The position numbers were made by a program, and so were the translations under genes. Shown in pieces: positions 54,501 to 64,000 of a stretch of 64,000 nt of DNA. Numbering within the stretch: the stretch's first letter is position 1; every line of letters begins with the position of its first letter. Origin of the DNA: an uncultured Planctomycetota bacterium. GTDB taxonomy: Bacteria; Planctomycetota; Planctomycetia; Isosphaerales; Isosphaeraceae. The notes under the pieces were generated by a model, which saw nothing but the letters and a program-made list of their open reading frames with translations, did not search any database and was not told the origin of the DNA. The DNA is taken from the NCBI GenBank assembly GCA_963845755.1, contig CAWJTV010000017.1:1-64000 (forward strand), written 5' to 3'.

Positions 54501-55667
54501 ATGCAGCGACATCGTAAGATCCGCATTCCCTCTTACAGACTCCACAAACCGAGCGGCCAAGCCGTTGTCACGATCCGGGGCCGCGACCATTACCTTGGTC
54601 CCTTCGGATCCGGACCGTCCCGAACCGAGTACGACCGGCTGATCGCCGAATACCTGGCCGGGCAGACGACCGGCCATGCTCACTGTGGGACGCCCGCGGA
54701 TCTGACAGTCGCGGAGTTATGCTCAAGATATGTTGATCACGCCGAACAATATTACGTGAAGCGTGGTCGTCCGACCTCCGAGATCCACACGATCCGGAAG
54801 GCTGTTAAGACCCTTCGTACGCTGTATGAGCACACGCTGGCGGATGAGTTCGGGCCGCTGGCGCTCAAGACCTGCCGGACACAGTGGGTCGATGAGGGAT
54901 TGACTCGACGCGGGGCCAACCGCCTAGCCCAGACCATCAGGGCCATCTTCAAATGGGGCACGGAGAATGAAATCGTTCGCGTGACCACATGGCAAGCACT
55001 CACCACGGTAGCGGGGCTGAAGCGGGGCCGAACTCCGGCACTCGATCCCGACCCGGTGCGACCCGTGCCCGAGGATCACCTCAATCGGTCACTAAATGCC
55101 GCGCACCCCATGATCCAGGCAATGATCCGCATCCAGCTCAAGTCCGGAATGAGACCGGGAGAACTGATTCTGCTCCGGGGTGCGGACATCGATACCAGCC
55201 GCCCCGTCTGGGTCTTCACTCCTTTGACTAACAAGCTCGAGCATCAGGGACGCGAGCGGATAATCCACATCGGTCCCGAGGCCCAGGCCGAACTGAAACC
55301 CTGGCTGCGTTGCGATCCTTGGCAGTTCATTTTCGGACCACGACACCGCCGTGAGTACGATCTTCGTGACCGACTCGCGCCGCGACCACGTACCGCTTGG
55401 GAAAAGCGAAACCGGAAGCGAAGAGTATTGCGAAGTGTCTATACGGTCAATGGGTACCTGCAGGCGATCCGACGCACCTGCGACCGGGCCGGAGTGACAA
55501 GGTGGACCCCCAACCAGTTACGCCACAACGCTGGAACGCTGTTGCGGGCCAAGTACGGGGTGGAGGCTGCACGTACCGTTCTTGGCCACAGCAACATTGG
55601 GACGACACAGATCTACGCCGAAGCTGACCTGAATCGAGCTGCAGAGATCATTGGGGAGATCGGCTGA
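54501..55667 (+). CDS. Tyrosine recombinase/integrase
   Basis: GMRPGE, WTPNQLRH, LGHS, TTQIY; N-terminus YRLHKPSGQAVV...YLG. Confidence 0.93.
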   Translation: MQRHRKIRIPSYRLHKPSGQAVVTIRGRDHYLGPFGSGPSRTEYDRLIAEYLAGQTTGHAHCGTPADLTVAELCSRYVDHAEQYYVKRGRPTSEIHTIRKAVKTLRTLYEHTLADEFGPLALKTCRTQWVDEGLTRRGANRLAQTIRAIFKWGTENEIVRVTTWQALTTVAGLKRGRTPALDPDPVRPVPEDHLNRSLNAAHPMIQAMIRIQLKSGMRPGELILLRGADIDTSRPVWVFTPLTNKLEHQGRERIIHIGPEAQAELKPWLRCDPWQFIFGPRHRREYDLRDRLAPRPRTAWEKRNRKRRVLRSVYTVNGYLQAIRRTCDRAGVTRWTPNQLRHNAGTLLRAKYGVEAARTVLGHSNIGTTQIYAEADLNRAAEIIGEIG

Positions 55668-55668
55668 C

Positions 55669-56644
55669 ATGGCCAAACGTACGGGAAAAGGGGCTAAGAA
55701 GCGTTCAGGTGGGTCACGGGCCCGAACCCGAGAGCAGGGGTTAGTGACTGCGGGCCAATCCGGCGAGACCCAGCCCGAGACAGGAGTGCAACCGCCAGTC
55801 CCTGAACTCGGAGTTCCAACGAAGAAGTTTCCGTTTCGCCCCGCAAGGCTATTGGTCCACAACCATTCGCCCTCTGATCCAGCGCCTTACGCCGTACGCA
55901 TCGACGCTCCCTATGATCAAGATGACACAGACACGGTCGCCCTTTACTTCACGCCGGAGTCTAGCGAACACCAGGATGAGAATCAAATCGTATTGAGGCG
56001 ATATGATCGAGTATTGACCGCCATTCGTACTTGGTCGGTAAATGCATGCTTAGTTGGAGGATTGCGTGAACAATATCTCCTATCGAAGGATAACATTGAT
56101 GTTAAAAAATTTTCACATAGTTGTAATATCTTAGCCGCAGCTCTGGGGGAATTCCTCCCCGATGTCGAAGTCTTTAGTTTCGTGCTGGTCTCCCGCACTT
56201 GCTTGGCTACTCTCTTCGGCCAGCCACTCGAGCAGGTTCCCGAGTGGCTCATGCTCGAGATGCTCTACTGGGCTGCGTGGGGCAAGGTCAGGCGGTTACG
56301 AGGGGAGATCCTTAAGTGTATGGAAGAGATAGCCCCCGTCAAAGCTAGGTGGGAAAAAAAACTACAGGAATTCGAAAGACAACAGGACGACCGAAAAATC
56401 ATATATTGCTACTTTGAGGGAAATCGCTAAGGTTATTGAGAATAAAAAAACTCCACTTACCCAATCTCAGATCGTGACGTATTCCAAATATAAGAACTTG
56501 GATGAGAATGCGATCAAAAGACCCTTGGCCTGGGCAGTGAAAGCACGACTCTTGAATAAGTATCGCGATCCGCGAGGCTACTACCTTCCGTACCTTGACC
56601 CAGAGCCCAATTGGAAGGCCGCGAGAAGGGGGAGTACACGATAG
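55669..56644 (+). CDS. Hypothetical low-GC protein with possible C-terminal winged helix (probable frameshift at the A-run near 56395)
   Basis: ORFs 55651-56430 and 56414-56644 join if one A is removed (RKSYIATLREIAKVIE). Confidence 0.55.
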
Positions 56645-56784
56645 CTCCTCGAAATCAAGTCACGGGCTTCAAGTAATCCAGCAGTCGGGCGGCAACTTAT
56701 GGCTTCCCGGTACGGTTAGAAAATGTAAATCCATCACGAGAATATGCAAAGATGGTGTGTACAACAATTCCTATCTTGCTTGAC

Positions 56785-58180
56785 CTTCTCGGCCGGCGTG
56801 TCGTCGAACGCCCGGAGCGGGCGTTGATCAGCTCGTACAACAAGGAGGGCGCATGGGGCGATTCCGGGCGTTCCACCCCGTTGAAGCCGATTTCGTCGAG
56901 GATCGTCAGGTCGAATTCGAAGTAGTAATGCAACCGACGCGGCAGGGTCTGGTCCGCCGGGGCCGCTGTCAGGTATTGCAACCCGGATGCGATGGTCTCG
57001 TAGCGCACCCGCAAGCCCAGCACACCGGCAGGCTGGCCGATGGCCTTAATCACATGGGTCTCCGACGCCGCTCTGGACTAACCAGACCAGGTTCTGGCGA
57101 CGGTGGATGAACTCGGCCCCGGCCAACGCCTTGATCCTCGGCCGATCGATCGCTGCCGCGTTGAACTGCCAATCGAAGTTGGCCAGAGTCTTGATCTTCG
57201 CGAAGTCGTCGGCGCCGATGAAATGGGCGATCCGCCGCTCGCGACGGCCGTCGGCCTGCTCGCTGATCAGCAGCCGTAAGAATTCCAGGTGCGACAGTCC
57301 TTCGCGGTCGGTGCGGCTCAAGGCCGCGTCGAACTGATCGGGCGAGAGCTGGATGCCTAGCGCCTGGAAGTGCTAGTGGGTCATTCGGCTTGCTCGTGGC
57401 CATAACGCTGTCGTTTAAACGCCGGAAAATCACGGCTTGACCCTTCGGTAGACGACTTCGGGAATGGCCACGAGCAACGCGAATGACCCACTAGCGGACC
57501 TTCGGGCAGAACTCCATCCCCTGCAGCGTCTTCTGAGATGATGTTTCGAAGCTTCATCGGGATGCGACTCCCAGTCGCGGAGTTGTTGGTAATCCGATGT
57601 CGTTCGGGGATGATCAAGTCCATGACCAGCCAGGGCGGCAGCCGTTGCTCTTCCTCGGCCAGCGACTCCAGGATGCTCTCATGCCGGGTCTGGACCGTTA
57701 GGCTGCGCGCTCCAGGACCGCGCGGGCTTACTCACCATAGCGGACCGCCCGCTCCAGGCGCCGCGATCAGGTCCTGCGGGGTGTGGATACCTAGCAACAC
57801 CAGGACGCACTGCGCCTGGACCCTGCCGTAATGCAGCGCCTCGAGCACGCCCTCATGGAGCCGACGGCCTGGCTCGCCCAGGTTTACGAACGGCTATGCC
57901 AAGTCCGCCCGCCACGGTCCATCCTCGCCGGGCCGGTACTCCTTGAGTACGCTCCGTTCCGCCCGGACTTGCCCCGCAACAGGGCATGCCGCGAATCTCC
58001 CCGAGCAGCCGTAGGCGACCAGTTCCTCCTCAAGGAGCCGCGTCGGCAGGACACTGCCGATGTACTACCATGGCACCGAGTAGCCGTTCTGGCCGTAGGT
58101 GATGAGGCCCGCGACATCGACCGTAAGGTAGATCACCGGGGCGACGTCATAGGCGCGGTCCGGCAGCGCGATCGGATCTG
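56785..58180 (-). pseudogene. Degraded IS21-family element (istA 3' part and istB)
   Basis: IstB-like KTLANFDWQFN, NLVWLVQSGVG, LTILDEIGF; IstA-like LPDRAYDVAPVIY...QNGYSVPW-stop; stops and frameshifts. Confidence 0.8.
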
Positions 58181-58351
58181 TGGGAGGTGGGAGAGTTCCT
58201 CCTGATGCAACTGCACCGGCGTTTTGCCGATGGAGCGCACATTGTGCGCACCAACAGAGCTAAAGGGCTCACTGACCGATCCTCACCGATCTGATCCAAT
58301 CATATCTGATGCAGCCGGCAATGGTGCCACGGGCATCAGGAGAGTCCTCTC

Positions 58352-58681
58352 ATGATCGATGTCTCAACAGAGCATACATTCCCTTTATCGAGACCGCCCA
58401 ATTGGCTGGTGGGACGTACCGGGCGGCCCGTCTCCAGAACGACTTTGGAGCGATGGGCTAAGGTCGGTGTCCGGGGTGGCATCAAGCTGGAAACCTGCCT
58501 GCTTGGATACACGAGAGTTAGCAGCCTGGAGGCGGTAAATAGGTTCATGGCCTTCCTGAACGGGGGATCGCCGGCTGAAGACCACACCTTAGCTCCGACT
58601 CCGCGACCGAACCGAACGCTTCGCCAGAGACGCAAGGCGAGCGAAGAGGCTGCCCAGAAACTCCAGAGGGGCGGTTACTGA
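58352..58681 (+). CDS. DUF1580 HTH protein (excisionase/AlpA-like)
   Basis: VSRTTLERWAKVGVRGGIKLETCLLGYTRVSSLEAVNRF; AGGAG upstream. Confidence 0.82.
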   Translation: MIDVSTEHTFPLSRPPNWLVGRTGRPVSRTTLERWAKVGVRGGIKLETCLLGYTRVSSLEAVNRFMAFLNGGSPAEDHTLAPTPRPNRTLRQRRKASEEAAQKLQRGGY

Positions 58682-58721
58682 CACTTCCTACAACCGTTTC
58701 GAGGCCTCTTTCCCCAAATCA

Positions 58722-58763
58722 TTGACGGCCGCCCCTCCCCACTAAGAGATAGGCGGCCGTCAA
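58722..58763. other. 12-bp inverted repeat hairpin downstream of DUF1580
   Basis: TTGACGGCCGCC...GGCGGCCGTCAA. Confidence 0.55.
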
Positions 58764-58781
58764 GAGTCAGGAGCTCGTCAC

Positions 58782-59102
58782 ATGACCCGATTTGCCATCC
58801 TACCGCGTCTGGTCCCACACCGCAACCCCGGATCCCGCGATACAAGCTCCTGCGGGTGTCGTCCCCGGGAGTCAGTGGCCGACCGCTTTCGTGCCCGCCA
58901 GCAGGCTGAGGCTGAGCCCGAGGACTCTAGAGAGTTGCAGAGCAAGGTCTACGATCCGACGGCGACACGATTCCTCGAACATCTCGAGCCGGCGATCGCA
59001 AGCCAATACTGGCGACGCCAGCGCCATCTCTTCGGTTGGCCGCCGGCCCGGCGTCGATCCCGCCCGGGTACCGTGGGCGTCACGACGTCCAAGTCCGCGT
59101 GA
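58782..59102 (+). CDS. Hypothetical protein
   Basis: AGGAG upstream; co-oriented in the element operon. Confidence 0.4.
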   Translation: MTRFAILPRLVPHRNPGSRDTSSCGCRPRESVADRFRARQQAEAEPEDSRELQSKVYDPTATRFLEHLEPAIASQYWRRQRHLFGWPPARRRSRPGTVGVTTSKSA

Positions 59103-59455
59103 TGCGACATGCACCACGCCGCCACCATGACGGCCCCCGGGCAGGTCAGAGGTGGCCCGCTGTCTTCCCGGGCCGCCCATCACCAGGCCGGCCACGCCAA
59201 GTCCGAGGCCAGCCGTCGCCGTTGGGAAGGACTCGGCCTGATCGTGCTTGCCATTGATGCGAGACTCCACCCGGGGCCGCGTCATCGGCCACCAGTGTCG
59301 CCCAACCTGCAGGAGCCTGTCGAGGGCTCACCCAGTCCAGGTCGGCATCGTGGTTGCCTTGACCTCGTACCCGACTCGTCGTCACGACTTTTCTGACCTA
59401 CATCGAATCGACGTTTGACTTACTGATTTACCTCCTGATTGGAAAGGGCTCTCCC

Positions 59456-59803
59456 ATGCGCCTCAAAGTTTCATCCGGCGCTGTGCCGCCAGGCATGTAC
59501 CACGCCAAGTTCCTCGGAGTCGAGGCCGTGACCAACGATCAGTACGGTGCAGGTCTCAAGTTCACTTTCCAGGTCGTGCGTGGGCCGCACTCCGGCCAGA
59601 AAGTGGCCCGTACGACGGGCTGCTCGCCTTCCCTGAAAAACAGCCTCGGCAGGCTCCTGAGCGGAATGCTCGGCCGCTCGTTGAGCCTGGACGAGGAGAT
59701 CGACGACAATGACCTCGTCGGTCGCGAGTACATGATCGTTGTCGGCACCACCGAGAGCGGAGGATGCCGTATCGAGACCGCAACGCCGCCGCCGACCGAG
59801 TGA
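59456..59803 (+). CDS. DUF669-like / phage SSB-like protein
   Basis: VPPGMYHAKFLGVE...FTFQVVRGPHSGQKV...DLVGREYMIVV pattern. Confidence 0.6.
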   Translation: MRLKVSSGAVPPGMYHAKFLGVEAVTNDQYGAGLKFTFQVVRGPHSGQKVARTTGCSPSLKNSLGRLLSGMLGRSLSLDEEIDDNDLVGREYMIVVGTTESGGCRIETATPPPTE

Positions 59804-59815
59804 GTCGGCTTTAGT

Positions 59816-59852
59816 GGGCGGTCGGGCGATGGCAGTCGCCCGACCGCCCTTT
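59816..59852 (+). terminator. Strong hairpin, terminator-like
   Basis: 14-bp perfect stem GGGCGGTCGGGCGA/TCGCCCGACCGCCC followed by only TTT. Confidence 0.5.
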
Positions 59853-59881
59853 GCCCCCGTGTCTCACCAAGAGGGTCAGCT

Positions 59882-62439
59882 ATGAGTGTACCCGAACCGA
59901 TAGCCGAGAGCCAAACGCTCTCAACCGCCCGTTCGTACGCCGAGCGCGGCTGGTCCGTCCTGCCCGTGCACACTATCCATGAGGGTCGGTGCACCTGCGG
60001 CGACGATCGATTGCGATAGCATCGGCAAGCATCCGCTGACACCCAATGGCCTGAAGGACGCCAGCGCGGACAGCCGAGACGATCGAGCGATGGTGGACCG
60101 AAGCCCCGCCCGCGAACGTCGCCATCCTAACCGGCCCCGAGTCGGGCCTGTGGGTCCTGGATCTGGATGGGCAGGCAGGTGTCGCAGCCCTGGCGGAGCT
60201 CGAGGCGGAGCATGGTCCGTTGCCGTGGACGCCGACGGCGCGAACGGGCGGAGGCGGCAAGCATCTCTACTTCGCCTTGCGGGCCGGCAACGAGATCCGG
60301 AACGCGGTCAAGATCGGCGGGAAGCCGATCGACACCCGAGGATCGGGGGGGTATGTCCTCGCGCCTCCGAGCCTGCACGCCTCCGGCAACCAATACGAGT
60401 GGGTGATCTCGCCCGACGAGACCCAGCTGGCCGAGGCGCCCCCCTGGCTGGTGGACTGGGTAACCTAGACTCGCGTCCGGATCACGAGCGTCGGAAGCGT
60501 CACCGGGAAACGGGATCGGGAAGCTCCGCGTCCGAGCCGACGACATGGAGACCGCGCCAGGGTCGTCCGAGGGTCGACGTCACGACGAAGCCGCCCGACT
60601 GGTCGGGGCGGCCCTTGCCCACGGCTTGCCCGCCGACGTCATCGAGGAACAGGCCGTCGAATGGGGTGGCCGTTGCACGCCGCCGCTCCCGGGGCTGGAG
60701 ATTCGGCGGATCGTCCGGGACCTGGCCAAGAAGCATGCCGCCAGGGAGGCCGGGCCGGCCCGACATGTTGTCGCGAAGATCGACTGGGAGCCTCCGCTTC
60801 CCCTCGACGAGTGCGCAGCGTCCGGGTTTTCCGACCTGGGCCCTGACGGACTGGCTCCGGGATTTCGTCGAGGCGGAAGCTGAGGCGACGCAGACCCCGC
60901 CCGACCTGGCCGGCATGCTCGTCCTTGCCGTCCTTTCCGTGACGTCCGCTCGAATCGTGGTGGTACGCATCAACGACGGGTACAGCGAGCCTCTCAACCT
61001 GTACATCGTGGTCGCTCTCCCTCCGGCCAACCGCAAGTCACCGGTCTTCCGCGATTGCACTGCCCCCATCTCCGAGTTCGAACGCGAGCAGGTCAAGTCC
61101 CTCACGCCGCAGATCGCCGAGGCCAGCACCCGACTGGCGATCAACGAGGTACGGCTCGCCAAGGCCCAATCCGATGCCGCCAAGGCAGACGCCCAGAACC
61201 AGGAGACGCTGATGCAGCAGGCCGTCGAGCTCGCCAGGGAGATCGCGGAAACGAGAGTACCCAAACCCCCACGCCTCCTGGCCCAGGATGCCACGGCCGA
61301 GAAGGTCAAGAGCTTATTACATGAGTATGTGGGACGCATTGCGATGATGGGCGCCGAAGGGGACCTGTTCGACACCATGGCCGGACGATACGGCAACCGC
61401 GGTAGCGCGAATTTCGGCGTCTACCTGGATGCCCATAGCGGCGATGATATCCGCGTGGATCGCGTCGGCCGGCCCACCGAGTACGTCCGGAATCCTGCGC
61501 TGACCCTCGGACTCACCGTCCAGCCCGAGGTGATCCACGGCCTCTCCGAGAAGCCGGGATTCCGAGGATTGGGACTTCTGGCCCGGCTCCTTATCGTGAT
61601 CGCGGAGAGTCTGGTCGGCCGCCGGAAGTCGAACCCTCCTCCCGTCCCGCCCAAGGTCCGGGACACCTACGCCCAGAATGTGCATTCCCTTCTGGAGTTG
61701 CGCCCCGAACAGGCGAGTTGCTCCGAGTACGACCCGCACGAGTTGCGGCTCTCGCCGGAGGCCGAGCGGCTGCGGCTGGATTTCGCGGATTGGCTCGAGC
61801 CTCAGCTCGCGCCGACCGGCGAGTTGGGGCACATCGCCGACTGGGCGGGCAAGCTGGCCGGCCAGGTGCTCCGGATTGCCGGCAACCTGCACCTGGCCGA
61901 CCACGCCGGTCACCCGGCACCGTGGGATCTGCAGGTCGCGGGGGAGACCCTGGAGCGGGCGATCGCGATCGGTCACTACCTGATCGCCCACGCCCGGGCG
62001 GCCTTCGCCCTGATGGGCGCCGATCCGGTCATCTCGGATGCCCGCCACATCCAGTCCTGGATCCTCCGCACCGGGATGGACTCGTTCACCCGGCGCGACC
62101 TCTTCGAGGCCACCAAAGGACGGTTCAAGGAGGTACGCCGCCCTGGAACTGCCCCTGGACTGCCTGATCCGCCACGGATACCTCCGGGAACGCCCGGAGG
62201 ATTCTCGATCGGGCCCTGGCCGGAGGCCCTCAACAACCTACGACGTGAACCCCCTGGCCCGATCGCAGAATTCGCAGTATTCGCACAATCTGGCGGGGAG
62301 GCCCGGCGACGGGCTGTCCGACCAGGTTTCAGCGAGTAGTGCGAATAGTGCGACGGGGTCGGCGTGCGAGGGTCGGCCGCCCTCGCCCTCGCCCTTGCCC
62401 TCGGTCGTCCAAGATGAGTTCGAAGAGGGCGTTCTCTGA
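59882..62439 (+). CDS. Bifunctional primase/polymerase + PriCT-like + DUF3987 (YfjI-like) replication protein, several frameshifts
   Basis: YAERGWSVLP, GKHP, LWVLDLDG, TGGGGKHLYF, DTRGSGGYVLAPPSLH; then EPLNLY, PPANRKS, DATAEK, DRVGR, GLLAR. Confidence 0.85.
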
Positions 62440-63457
62440 TCGCCCTCACGACGGTTACCAACCATCGCCTCGCCGCACTTCTCCTCCATGTTCGACATCC
62501 GCTCGGCGGGACTTGGGGCCGGTCCCGGCAACCCATCCTCGCCGCGGTGTCGAGATGGTGGTCATCGGTGTGGTCGCTGATCGAGACACCGTCGCACTAT
62601 TCGCAGAATTGGCGGATCGGGATCAGGTCGAGTTCGGAGAGCCATTCTGCGAATTGTGCGAATTGTGCGCAGGGGTCTTCACGTGCACGACCAAGGAGGG
62701 CCCCCTCCTCGCGCGTCGCCTTGAGGATGCGTGCGATTGCGGCGATTCCGCCTGGGCTCAGGTCAATCTCGATTGGCCGGATCACGAGATTCGGAATGAT
62801 CGTGGTCTACGAACTTGCTCTATCTTAGGAGGATATTCCTATTAATAATATCATTCATGATATTATTAATCCCTTAATTCCCACTCAGGGCCCGCTCGAG
62901 TCGCCCGCGGAGTCGCTCCTGGAGCAGCTCCGCGAGCTTGGGATCGACGTGAAGGCCGAGGGAGGGAACCTTCGCTTCCGTGCCCCGAAGGACGCCCTGA
63001 CGATCGGGCTGAAGCAGCAGATCGTCGAGCACAAGTCCGAGGTCCTCGCGCTCCTCGGCCGCGGTGATGGACCTTCAGGGGCAACACGAAGTGCAGGTCC
63101 CGGATCGGAACCGTTGCCCGAGAAGGCGGACCGGGCGGTTGATCGTCCACGAGACCGATCCGATCCCACCGGGCCCGGCGAGGCTGTCCCGATTTCCGGA
63201 GTGATGGGACATTCGCAGAATTCGCAGAATGGGGCCGAGGCCAGGACCGCGGTCCGGTCCGAGGCCGGCGAAGGCCCCCTCATTCCGATTAGCTCAGGCC
63301 CTTCGCAGAATTCGCAGAATTCGCAGAATCTTGGGGCATCGAGCCCGACGGTCGATTCTGCGAATTGTGCGAATACTGCGAACGGGTCGCCCGCCCCTCA
63401 GGACCGGGTTGGGCCATGGCCTACCGCCCTTTTTGCGAATTGTGCGAATAATGCAAA
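62263..63457. repeat. Nonamer repeat clusters TTCGCA(G/C)AA around an AT-rich palindrome (candidate origin)
   Basis: Eight clusters of 2-3 tandem copies in both orientations; ATTAATAATATCAT-TC-ATGATATTATTAAT at 62841-62870. Confidence 0.8.
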
Positions 63458-64000
63458 GGGCTTGCGCACTCTTCTCGCCGATATCCACTCTGATGGGGGA
63501 GATGATCCGGCGAATCGTTCGACGACGACGTTGGAGTCGCCGCCCGAATCCGGGCTGGCCGGCGGCTCGATGAGCGAGATCTGCGTCCCTTCGTCGGATC
63601 ATGCCATCGTCGAACTGGCGAACGAGAGATTCGTCTACCAGAAGAACTGGTCAGGCACCCGCCTCGCAGGCGACTGGATCGCAATCGACACCGAGACCGC
63701 GAAAATCCAGGACCATGAAGTCCCGCCTCTGGCCCTGGCTTCGGTCAGCTCCGGGCAAGCTCACGCCCTGGTCCATCCCGATCGGTTCGCGCAATTCATC
63801 CTGGTACACCGCCATTGCCACTTCGTCACTTTCCACGTGGGCTTCGATTTTTGGGTCGTCCATCAACACCTCGAGCAGCGTGGCGAGGTGGAGGCGATCG
63901 AATGCTGGTGGGCGATCGCGGAGGAGGGCCGCCTGCACGACTCGATGCTCCTCGACGCCCTGGTCCGCCTGGCCCGGTCCGGTGCTTATCCCAACCATCG
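62901..64000 (+). CDS. TubC_N-like domain fused to a PolA-type 3'-5' exonuclease domain (3' partial, start uncertain)
   Basis: Manual translation shows no stop from 62829 to the window end. LLEQLRELGIDVKAEGGNLRFRAPKDAL...HKSEVLALL, then WIAIDTET, FHVGFDFWV, LHDSMLLD. Confidence 0.75.

Larger units (their letters stand above)
54386..64000. mobile_element. tRNA-integrated element (phage-satellite-like island); far end outside the window
   Basis: Integrase immediately after the tRNA, then DUF1580, SSB-like, Prim-Pol/DUF3987, repeat array and PolA-type genes. Confidence 0.82.

Noticed and set aside
3945..62439. Programmed frameshifting or mass pseudogenisation
   Set aside because: Single-base shifts hit many unrelated genes, several at short homopolymers, with almost no in-frame stops. 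This fits long-read consensus error better, although reads are needed to confirm.
62263..63457. CRISPR array
   Set aside because: Repeats are 9 bp, in both orientations, without regular spacers, and no cas genes are present.

Overview
GC-rich planctomycete DNA, probably Isosphaeraceae-like (inferred from LExRxLL export motifs, DUF1559/DUF1570/DUF1580 genes and ECF-kinase modules). Many genes are broken by single-base frameshifts that look like long-read assembly indels. In order: (1) the 3' part of a group II intron whose domain V/VI junction is interrupted by an IS5-family element; (2) an ECF sigma factor, then an RHS/YD polymorphic toxin with an unusual Pro/Arg-rich tip and a ClpX zinc-finger gene in the immunity position, then a second IS5 copy; (3) a glycosyltransferase/methyltransferase cluster carrying several palindromic repeat families, some translated in frame; (4) housekeeping and planctomycete-specific genes including htpG; (5) an ECF sigma / WD40 Ser/Thr kinase / beta-helix exoprotein block bracketed by two diverged copies of the 5' end of an XRE regulator; (6) metabolic genes; (7) tRNA-Ala(TGC) followed by an integrated satellite-like element that runs off the window. 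That element has an integrase, DUF1580, a Prim-Pol/DUF3987 replicase, about 22 nonamer repeats around an AT-rich palindrome (candidate origin), and a frame missing from the ORF track that joins a TubC_N-like domain to a PolA-type 3'-5' exonuclease domain. Family assignments come from motif recognition only; no searches were run.
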